NCBI GenBank assembly: GCA_965240325.2
Contig: OZ251231.1
Span: forward strand, 1,488,001 to 1,552,000
DNA: 64,000 nucleotides
Direction of reading: 5' to 3'
Source of the DNA: Rebecca billardiae RCC1528
Lineage: Eukaryota > Protista > Haptophyta
Positions within the stretch are counted from its first letter, which is position 1, and each line of letters opens with the position of its first letter. Positions 10,620 through 19,180 of this stretch are shown in pieces. The translations under genes and the position numbers were made by a program. Below the pieces are notes generated by a model. It ran no database searches. It had not been told where the DNA came from and worked only from the letters and a program-made list of their open reading frames with translations.

Positions 10620-12403
10620 TGACCGCGTTCCGCGGTCCTTCCGTAGAACCAACGGGCCCGCGCGCGGTGCAACCTCCGTCGGCTGCTGTCTCAGTCTCAC
10701 AGACATGGCGGGCCGAGGACTGTCGCCGCGGGCCGCGCGGGGAAGCGGCCCGGCCGAGGCCGGCGCGCGCGCGCAGGGCGAGAGGCGCCGCGCGGCGCGG
10801 GCCGGCGCGTGCGGGCGTGCGGGCGCACCTGCTTGAGGTGCTCGCGCTGCGCCCGATGCGCTCGACGACGGGCCGCTGGTCGCTCAGCCGGCGCGCCTCG
10901 TCACTCACTCGTGCCGGCAGAGCCGGAGAGCGCGCGCCATTGCTGCCCCGGCCTGCGCTGCGCACGGCCGCGCACCGATCGAGAGGCGAGACCGAGCGGA
11001 GCTCGGGGTGGAAGGCGAGGCGAACGGCGCGTCGCGCCTGCCGCCGCGCGTGCGTGCCTGCTCCGCACCGAGCGCCGCCGTGCTCGCCCGCCGCCTCCTC
11101 CGCCGCGTCGGCCTCGAAGCCACGGCGCGGCGGCCAGCCAGCGGCAGCGGCTGAGCCCGTGCGTGCTGGCCGCTGGCACCCGGCGCGGTCGCCTCGACGG
11201 CCGTCAACTCCACAGCTGGCTGGTCGAGCTGCTGCACGGGGCGTCGCGACGAGGGCGTCGCGCGCGCCCAGCGCGTCCGTCGCCGCGTCGCGCAGCGCGT
11301 CGAGCTCGGCGCCGCGCTTCGCCAGCTCGGCGCCCACAGCGCCTCCGCGCAGCGCCTCCGCGCGCACGTGCCGTCATGCACGGCCTCGGTGAGTGACGCC
11401 GCCCATCAATCACTGCGTGCGCGCGCAGCTGCTGGCGCTGCAGCTCGACGGCGGACTCGTCGCAGCTGGCGGCGAGGGTGCGCAACGCGTCGATGACCGA
11501 GGCCTGCAGCCCGGTGATCGCCGCGTCGATGCGCGCGGCGCATTCTCCGCGCAGCTCCTCGCGCCACGACGTGGCCGCGCTCGCGTGCAGCTGGGCGCCG
11601 CTGTGCGACCCGGAACCGGCGGCCCGCCGGCGGGCCTTCCACTGCTGCTGCTCGTCCTCAGGCTGCTGCACCTCCGCGCCGCCGTCGACCGAGTTGAGGA
11701 GGAGCTCGCGCTCGGCGTCGAGGAGCGAGCTCGCGTGCTCGAGCTCGCCCTTCAGCCGCGCTAGCTCCGGGCGCATCCGGCTCATCTGCCGCTGCGTGCT
11801 CGCGGCGCGCTCCCGTCCTCATCAAGCGACGAGCTCGCGCGAGTGCTCCGGACTCGGCTCGCCCTTGCGCGCTCCTCCTCGAGCGGCGAACGCGCCCGCG
11901 GGCAGGTTGTTGCCCTCCGCCCCCGCCGCGATCACGCATGCTCTGCTAGCGCGGCGCGGCGCGCGCCGACTCGCGGCGGCGAGTGCCGGCTCTGGGCCGG
12001 TTGGTCCCGGACTCGGGCGATATCGACCAAGTTTTGTCGTAGTACTTTTGTTCCGTATGATGCGACGATATATACTGAGTCGTTCATATATTCGTTCACT
12101 ACCTGGCAGATCGAGTATACTGACAAATGCACGTCCACAGGCTCACGTCCGTCCGTAGATACGGAATTGGAGCGGGCGCGGCTATTTCGTCAATCGGGCA
12201 ATGATTCAATCGCGTGGCTTGCTAATGGATCGAGCAATGGGCCAATGTACCCCTGCTCGAAAAAGCGAAAACTCACCCTCCAACAGCCCTCAAAATATCG
12301 TTCCCGTCCCCTTTTCTTTGATCAAAAGATCTTTTTGACGACAACGTAGTGAGGGCCCCCGGCGGGGCTCCACGCTCCGCGCTCCGCCCTGCACCGCGGG
12401 ACA
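10620..12403 (-). mobile_element. Non-autonomous Helitron2/Helentron-like element E1 carrying a coiled-coil gene fragment
   Basis: Left end TGACCGCGTTCCGCGGTC hairpin plus ggcccg..cggtgca. The right ~260 bp (12144-12403) is homologous to 13802-14018 and 21326-21564 and ends tgcaccgcgggaca. Confidence 0.65.
10830..11785 (-). pseudogene. Captured or decayed coiled-coil gene fragment inside E1
   Basis: Heptad-like segments ELARLKGELEHASSLLDAERELL, WREELRGECAARIDAAITGLQASVIDAL and AELAKRGAELDALRDAATDAL lie in different frames. Confidence 0.4.
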
Positions 12404-12421
12404 TAATCAATTATGAATTAA

Positions 12422-14018
12422 TGACCGCGTTCCGCGGTCCTTTTCCGTAGAACGAACGTAGTTCAGGGCCCGCGGTGGCGGTGCACCCTCCGTCGCAGTC
12501 GTCTATTGACAGACCAGTTGCATATGCCCGTACAACTAGACTCCAGCGGCGCGCCGCCGCCCGCCGCGCCGGGCGGGCCCATTGCAGCCGCCGGCGCGGC
12601 GCCGATTGTGTACAGGCGGATGCGACGAGGCGTGATCGACGCATGAGCGCGACTCCACGTGCACACCAGGCCACGCGGAGCTGACAGCCAGGGAGCACGG
12701 TGCGGGGCCGCGGATTCGTTCGGGCCGCTGCTGCTGACCGCTGTCCCCGGGGTCACCCCCCGCGCCGGCAGCGCCCGGGATGATGCACTGGTCCGAGTAG
12801 GGTTCGACCAGCGCCTGCGCGACGGCCGACAGGCGGGCGCGAGGCGTGATCGACGCATGAGCGCAACTCTACGTGCACGCCAGGCCACGCGGAGCTGACA
12901 GCCCGAGGGAGCACGGTGCCGAGGTGCGAGGGCACCGGTGATCCGGTTCGCGCACTCGCCGCGCGTGCACGGGCAGCTGACACACCTCGATCAGGCTCGG
13001 CACGCGTTGCAGAGGCACGGCCAGCTCTGGGGACGTCACGCACCACCGTCGCCCGCGCAGCTCGTCCTCCTCGTAGAGTACCGTTCAGTTCCGAGGCGTA
13101 GCCCTCGCTCAGAGTCGACCGACGATGGACTCGGATCGTCGGCGCGCCTGCTCTCTCTCAATCAAGAAGAGTTCTGGGAGACCCCGGAAAGGCATGGCAA
13201 GGGCGGCGCGTGGTGAAGTCGAAGGCTCAGAGATCGATCAGTCCGGCATCAGGCGCCGCTGCCCCCGAGCTTGCGAGAGCCCGAACACAGGGCGGCGGCT
13301 GCGGCGCCGGCTCGCGGACGCGCCGGGGCCGCGCAAGGCCGCGCCGAGGCATCGACAGGGCGGCAGGGGCGGCGGGGGCGCGCGGAGTGAGCGGGGGCAC
13401 GACGAACGCGATGTCGACGGCAGTCGGGACCCGCCGCAGCCGCGCGCTCCAGGCGCCATTCGCCGCGCGCACCTGCCCATCGCCGTCCTCACCCGTCGCG
13501 GTCGCTCGTGAGCCTCGTGCCCGTGGCTCGCCTCCAAACGCGGGCCGCCTCTGGTGGGCCGCCGCCCGGGGCCACGCGCGCGCCCAACCAAGTCCGTTCG
13601 CGTCAGATAGTATTGAGATATACGCCGAGCTTGGGCCCTCTGCTACTGACCCTTGCCTTGTCGGCTCCTGATACAGATAGGGCGCGATTGAATAGTTGAT
13701 CAACTGATTCAAGGGACGTACATTGTCACATCGGTTCGCGGCAATCTCACTATCAAACTAAATCGCTCGTAACGAACCGTTACGTTAAAGTCACGGCCGC
13801 TCACGTCCCGTCCATCGATTGAATAGGGGAATGTCGTGGACGCGGTTATTTCTCCGTAATGCATGTGTAGAGAGGGTCTCAAAAATCGAAACTCGGTCAC
13901 CGCCAGCCCTAAAAATCGCCCCCCGTCCCTTTTTTCTTGATCAAAGATCTTTTTGAAACGTGGTTAGGGCCCACGGAGCGGGCTCCACGCTGCGCGTTCC
14001 GCCCTGCACCGCGGGCCA
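12422..14018 (-). mobile_element. Non-autonomous Helitron2/Helentron-like element E2, head-to-tail with E1 (18-bp AT spacer)
   Basis: Same termini: TGACCGCGTTCCGCGGTCCTTTTCCGTAGAAC on the left and ccgccctgcaccgcgggcca on the right. Internal ~90-bp duplication and a Cys-rich relic. Confidence 0.65.
12612..12919. repeat. Direct duplication of ~90 bp (12612-12703 and 12829-12919) inside E2
   Basis: cgaggcgtgatcgacgcatgagcgc-act-c-acgtgcac-ccaggccacgcggagctgacagcc..gggagcacggtgc occurs twice. Confidence 0.85.
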
Positions 14019-14298
14019 TAATCATGATGTACTATATATACATACCGTACGGTATTTGCCAATATACGCTATGCGGGGAGTCGGGGGGGGGGGGGGGGGG
14101 TCTGGAGCATCAGGACTCACTACTACTCAGGGTCCTGTCCGAGCGGGCGAGGTACTGCCGACGAAAGTGTGCCCTAAGTGGCTAGTCCGTGCGTAATGAT
14201 GCATCGGATGCCTGATGATTCAGATGAATCTGATGAAGCGAAGTAGTATCATTATGGTCTTACGGCGTGCACAGGTAAGCTACGTCAGCAGCAGCGCA

Positions 14299-15150
14299 TC
14301 AGCTCTCGATGACGAGGTCGACGCCGCTGCTCTCGGCGATGAAGTCGCGCCACGCCGCGAGGTCTGCGAGCGAGCATACAGTCGAGAGCGGGATGACGCA
14401 CTCGAGGGGCATCAGCGCCGCAGACGGCGAGAAGAGCGTGACGGGGTACGACGCCGACCATGCCGTCGCTCGGCGCGCCTGGTGGTGCAGCACGGTCCAG
14501 AAGATGGCGACGATGTACGAGTGCGCGACGTCGCGGTGGGTGACCACGCCGCACATGGCCGCCACGATGCAGCTCAGCACAAACCACAGGGCCACGTCGC
14601 GCGACAGCTTGCCCTCGAGGTCCTGGCGCTCGTCGACGCGCTCGGCCGCGTGGTTGACGCCGACTCGTAGCCAGCCCACGCCCGCGCCACCGGCCGCGCT
14701 CGCCGCCTCGCGGCGGAACTTGGCGTACGTGAAGCTCTGCACCACGTCGGATGCGTCGAACGCGTCGAGCAGCAGGTGGGTCCACCACAGCAGCCCGGCG
14801 AGCTGGCTGAGGTTGACCAGCAGCTCTCGCCCCGAGATGCGCTCGGAGCCGACGATTGCGATGAGCGGCTCCAGGAGGGCTGATCCGAGGTACGCCATGA
14901 AAACCTCCTTCGTCAAGAGCACCTCGTGGAGCGCGGGCATCGAGAGCGTGCGCGGGAGGCGCGTTGCGAGCGCCTTGCGGCAGGCTGCGACGCCGCGCAC
15001 GTGCACGCCGACGAGGCACGCGAGGAAGAGGATGATGCCTATGACTTCAAGCGTCGTGAGGTCCGGCAGGACCTCGCGCTCCCACCACGGGCACACGGCG
15101 ACCGCGGCGGCCGCGACGCGGCCGTGCGTCTTCATCTTGCCGCCAAACAT
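14299..15150 (-). CDS. Hypothetical multi-pass membrane protein (283 aa)
   Basis: Natural-looking ORF with several hydrophobic helices (LEVIGIILFLACLVGV, VALWFVLSCIVAAMCGV, YIVAIFWTVL). Head-to-head with the kinesin-like gene. No family recognised. Confidence 0.6.
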   Translation of the reverse strand: MFGGKMKTHGRVAAAAVAVCPWWEREVLPDLTTLEVIGIILFLACLVGVHVRGVAACRKALATRLPRTLSMPALHEVLLTKEVFMAYLGSALLEPLIAIVGSERISGRELLVNLSQLAGLLWWTHLLLDAFDASDVVQSFTYAKFRREAASAAGGAGVGWLRVGVNHAAERVDERQDLEGKLSRDVALWFVLSCIVAAMCGVVTHRDVAHSYIVAIFWTVLHHQARRATAWSASYPVTLFSPSAALMPLECVIPLSTVCSLADLAAWRDFIAESSGVDLVIES

Positions 15151-15274
15151 GATTGATGGATGTTCAAATTGCGACTGCTGGATACCGCCGCAAGTCCGGG
15201 TGGCGAGTATTTCGGTTCGTCAGCTCCTGACGAGATCTTGCCGCCGCCGGGTTCCATTCTCATCTGGCGTGGCG

Positions 15275-17860
15275 ATGGCGCCGCCGCCGGCCTCCACGTC
15301 GACGCAATTGCGATGGCTTGTGGGCGCTCGGCTGCGGCTGCCGGCGCAGGGCGCGGAGCCCGATGCCGTGGTGGGCGTGAGCGCAGAGCGACTCGTGCAC
15401 GTCCAGACCATCCTCCGCCCGCGCACCTTTGAGCTCGACCACGTCTTCACGTCGGCCGACCGCTCGGCGGACATCTTTGCCGCGCTCGGCCAGCCGGTCG
15501 TGCGGGCGGTGCTCGGCGGGGAGGACGGCGCCGTGCTGTCGTACGGCCAGGCGGGCACGGGCAAGACGAACACGATGCTCGGCGACGACGGCATCGTGCC
15601 GCTCGCCTGCGAGGCCCTCATGTCTCACGAGCCCTCGCGCGCGCTCGAGCTCTCGTTCCTCGAGGTTCGCGCCGAGGACGTGCGCGACCTGATGTGCGCG
15701 GCGGCGGCGAAGGCGACGGCGGCGACGGACGCCGCGGCGAGCGCGTTCGCGCGCGCGCCGCTCGCCGCGGTGCGCCTCGTCGACGGGCGCGACGGCGAGC
15801 TCGTCCCCGACGGCCTCACGCTGATGGCGTGCTCGACCGCTGCGGACGTGCGGCGGTTTGTGCTTGCCGCGCAGGCGCGCCGGCAGCTGGGCAGCCACGT
15901 GCTCATCTTCGTGCGCAGGGCCGCGAGCGCGCGCGAGCTCGGCGCGACGGCCTCGCAGCCCGGCGCGGGCCGCTCCGCCACCAGCGCCCGCAGTGCCTTC
16001 CCCGCCCGGCGTCCGACGCTCGTGCTGGCCGACCTGGCCGGCGCGCCGCCGCCGCGCTCGACGACCGCATCGGCCAAGCTGACCGCGCCCTCGCTGTCGG
16101 CGCTGGCGGCGATGATCTCGCGGCTGGCGCAGGTGAGCGACCTGCGGCACCCGCGCCGCCGCGCGCGCGCCATCGACGGCGCGCGGATGGACGCGAGCAC
16201 GCCCGTGCTCCTCCGGCTGCTGCGGCGCGTGCTGCACGGCCGCATGCGCGCCGCGCTGCTCACTACTCTGAGCAGCTACCGCGCCGACCTCGCCGAGACG
16301 CTTCGCACGCTGCGCATCGCGGCGGCGGCGCGGCAGGTCGACGCGAGGGCGATCGCCGCGGCGATCGAGCGCGGCGGGCTCGGCGTGCCCTCCGTGCTGT
16401 CGATGGCCGACGTCCACGTCGACGACATCATCGGCGCGGGCGCGCACGGAGCGGCCGCCGCGGCGCGCGGGCCCGCAGCGCCGGCTGCTGCTGGCCTGAC
16501 GGCGGCGCGCGCCGCCCCAGCCGCGCCGGCGGCGAGGCATGCGGCGCACGCCGACGGGGCTGATGCCAATGGCACCGGCGACGGCTCGACGGGCCGCGAC
16601 CTCGCCCCGCCGCCCGGCCGTGCGAACGGCCGCTCCGGCCGGCACTCGGGCTCGAACGGCGGCAGCGCGCGCGCCGACTCCCTGCCGGGCGGCGGCAGCG
16701 GCTCCGGCGCCGCTGACGTCCCCCGCCGAGCCAGAAGGAGCGGCAGCCTCTCCCCGGGGGGCGACTCGCCCGTGCTCAAGCGGCTGAACTCGCTCAAGCG
16801 CACGCCGTCGGGCTCGGGCCTGGCCTCCGTCGGCCCGCCGCCCGGCGGGATCGCTCTGATCCGCACGGGCTCGGGGCTCGGGCTCGCGGCGGCCGCCCAC
16901 GGCCTGCACGTGCAGACGCGCGAGCAGCAGGCCGCCCACGCGGCGCGCGCCGAGTCGCGCGCGCGCGACGGCGCGGACGAGGCGCCGTCGGAGCAGGGCG
17001 CGGCGGCCGCGGCGGCCGCAGCCGCGCAACCGCCCGTGCTCGCCGACGCGGCCGTGCAGCTGTGCGCCGCGCAGCAGGAGCTGCTCCGCGCGCTCACCCA
17101 GCGCCGCGCGGAGCTGGAGTCGAGCCTGGCGCAACACGACGCGCGCGCGGCCGCGCTCGCGCGCGTGCGGGCGCAGATGGGCGCGTGCGAAACGGCCGCG
17201 CGGCAGGCCGTCGCCGCGCGGGCTGGCGGCGCGGTTGAAGCCGCTCGCAATGGCGCGGCCGGGTCGGCCGGCAGCCCAGCGGCGTCGCCTGCCGTCGCGC
17301 GCGCCGGCGGGAGCCCGCCGGATGCGCGCTCGCACGCAAGCCCTCGGATGGGTTCGCGCGGTCGACTTGCCCTCGCGGCGGCCACGGAGCGCATCATGCA
17401 CGGCGAGGTGCTGAGGGGCCCGAGCGCGCACTGCGAGGGGTTCCTGGTGAAGCAGGGCGGGGTGTTCCCCACGTGGCGCCGGCGGTACGTCCGGCTCGAG
17501 GGGCAGATGCTCAGCTACTCGCTCTCTCCGCACTCTCTGCAGCCGGTGCGCGCGCTGCGCATCGGCCCGGGCTCGGCGGTGCACGACGTGGCTGCCGACC
17601 CTGGCGGCTTCCGCGTCGCGCCGTCGGGCGTGACCGACCGCGTGTACTACTTCCGCGCGGCGTCGGTGGAGGGCAAGCAGCTCTGGATGGACGCGCTGCG
17701 GGCATCGGCGGGCGCGACGGAGATGCCGACGACGCACCTGTCCGCCACCCACGCAGAGGCCGCGTGCACGCCGTCGACGACGACGCCGGCTGCCACATCT
17801 GCGATCGCAGACGAGTCGCCCGGCGGCGCAAGCAGCATGCCGGCGCCGTCCTCGGCTTGA
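15275..17860 (+). CDS. Divergent kinesin motor-domain protein with coiled coil and C-terminal PH domain
   Basis: RTFELDHVF, SYGQAGTGKTNTM (P-loop), SFLEV..EDVRDL, LADLAG and ETLRTLRIAAAAR. PH domain EGFLVKQGGVFPTWRRRYVRL...YYFRAASVEGKQLWMDAL. Start taken at ATG 15275; the upstream part of the ORF is the antisense of the neighbouring gene. Confidence 0.8.
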   Translation: MAPPPASTSTQLRWLVGARLRLPAQGAEPDAVVGVSAERLVHVQTILRPRTFELDHVFTSADRSADIFAALGQPVVRAVLGGEDGAVLSYGQAGTGKTNTMLGDDGIVPLACEALMSHEPSRALELSFLEVRAEDVRDLMCAAAAKATAATDAAASAFARAPLAAVRLVDGRDGELVPDGLTLMACSTAADVRRFVLAAQARRQLGSHVLIFVRRAASARELGATASQPGAGRSATSARSAFPARRPTLVLADLAGAPPPRSTTASAKLTAPSLSALAAMISRLAQVSDLRHPRRRARAIDGARMDASTPVLLRLLRRVLHGRMRAALLTTLSSYRADLAETLRTLRIAAAARQVDARAIAAAIERGGLGVPSVLSMADVHVDDIIGAGAHGAAAAARGPAAPAAAGLTAARAAPAAPAARHAAHADGADANGTGDGSTGRDLAPPPGRANGRSGRHSGSNGGSARADSLPGGGSGSGAADVPRRARRSGSLSPGGDSPVLKRLNSLKRTPSGSGLASVGPPPGGIALIRTGSGLGLAAAAHGLHVQTREQQAAHAARAESRARDGADEAPSEQGAAAAAAAAAQPPVLADAAVQLCAAQQELLRALTQRRAELESSLAQHDARAAALARVRAQMGACETAARQAVAARAGGAVEAARNGAAGSAGSPAASPAVARAGGSPPDARSHASPRMGSRGRLALAAATERIMHGEVLRGPSAHCEGFLVKQGGVFPTWRRRYVRLEGQMLSYSLSPHSLQPVRALRIGPGSAVHDVAADPGGFRVAPSGVTDRVYYFRAASVEGKQLWMDALRASAGATEMPTTHLSATHAEAACTPSTTTPAATSAIADESPGGASSMPAPSSA

Positions 17861-18258
17861 TGATGCCCGCCGGCTGGCCGGCTCGGGCTCGAGGACGCGT
17901 TTCATAGGCTTTTGATGGCGTTGCCAGATGTCGGCGTCACTCTGCACCCCGCGGGAATTCAGAGTAGTTCGTTTCTCCCACGGGGGAAAATATATTAACG
18001 ACGTGGTATGCAACGGGCAGGCGTCAGAGTCAGCAAGCTGTAGCAGCAGATCGAGCAGCAGAGACAAACACCAGGATCAGCGCTCCTCGCCGTCGTCCCC
18101 CCCCCCCCCCCTCGTAGTCGCCCATCACTCCATCGCCGAGCGAAAGCTCGACGCACCGTCTGGCGTTGAAATCTTCAAAACGCACGCGCACATTTTTTTT
18201 TTCCAGGACCGACCGGTCGCATGCACCTCCTTGCACACCTCCGGTGCCGCCCGCGCGA

Positions 18259-19062
18259 ATGGATCCCTGCTCACGGCTGCTGACCGCCTTGGAGGCGACG
18301 GTCCGCATTCGGGATGTGCAGGTGCTCAACATCTACCTGGTGGGCTCAAGGCTATGGGGTACCCACGAGGACGACTCGGATTTCGATCTCGTCGTCGTGG
18401 TTGCGGATGGCACACTGTCGGGCTCCACGGTTCGATCTGCGACAACGGTTGGGGGGTGTTTTGATGTGCAGCTTGTGCCCGAGAGCGCTTATCGAGAGGG
18501 TGTTGAAGGATCCGACATTATCCTTGCCGTATGCGCCAGCCTGCCGCAGACGCACGTCTGGCGAGAGCGAACGCGTGTATTGCCTTCCCATCGTATCCCT
18601 GTGCTCGTGTCCACCGCAATCGAGAGCTCGTCAAAGAGCTGGGCGCGCGCGAAGAAGGACGTCACGGTCCGACGTGAGGTCATCCGTGGCTGCAAGGGCG
18701 TGATTCACGCCATCCGCCTGCGCGCGCTGGCACTACTGCTCGTCGTTTCCAGGCCCACGTCTGCACTTGCGCTGGCCGACCTCCGCTGTGTGGACAAGCT
18801 CTCTGCACGCCTTCTGGGAAACGCACTTGCAAGCCGCAAGGAATGCGACTGGGAGGCTAGTATCGAGCACGGGCTGCCAGGCAGAGCCATGCGTGCGCTC
18901 GAGGAGCGATTGGTGCTCGCAGGCAAAAGGGAACATCCCGACGCTGCCGACGATGGCGCTGCTCGTCGTCATCTTGCTGCTGATGCTTGGCCTGATTTGT
19001 TCGAGGAGCTCATTGCGGAGTCATCGCCTACTGCTCATGACGACGCAGCAGTAAGCTATTGA
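18259..19062 (+). CDS. Pol-beta superfamily nucleotidyltransferase, RlaP/YcgL-like; intronless and lower GC
   Basis: NIYLVGSRLWGTHEDDSDFDLVVVV (hGS..G..DxD), a third Asp in FDVQL, and a C-terminal helical part SWARAKK...KGVIHAIRL. Confidence 0.75.
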   Translation: MDPCSRLLTALEATVRIRDVQVLNIYLVGSRLWGTHEDDSDFDLVVVVADGTLSGSTVRSATTVGGCFDVQLVPESAYREGVEGSDIILAVCASLPQTHVWRERTRVLPSHRIPVLVSTAIESSSKSWARAKKDVTVRREVIRGCKGVIHAIRLRALALLLVVSRPTSALALADLRCVDKLSARLLGNALASRKECDWEASIEHGLPGRAMRALEERLVLAGKREHPDAADDGAARRHLAADAWPDLFEELIAESSPTAHDDAAVSY

Positions 19063-19180
19063 CATCAAAATAGTATATGCCGCGCTGCGACGCTGCAGCT
19101 TGTCGATGTCATCATCAGACCAGCAGCTATATACTGTAGCCGCGTGTTATGACCGAGCGCACATGCCGATATCAGCAATA

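Noticed and set aside
8488-10680. Inverted repeats around the ATP-grasp gene as TIRs of one cut-and-paste transposon
   Set aside because: The same sequence is one defined end of E1-E3, whose partner ends lie on the other side. The sharp boundaries face the gene and no TSD is visible.
14309-15274. N-terminal ~320 aa of the 1183-aa ORF; likewise the 5' part of ORF 28447-30276 and many other overlapping Arg/Ala-rich ORFs
   Set aside because: These are antisense or off-frame read-through of real neighbouring genes, caused by stop-codon scarcity at high GC.
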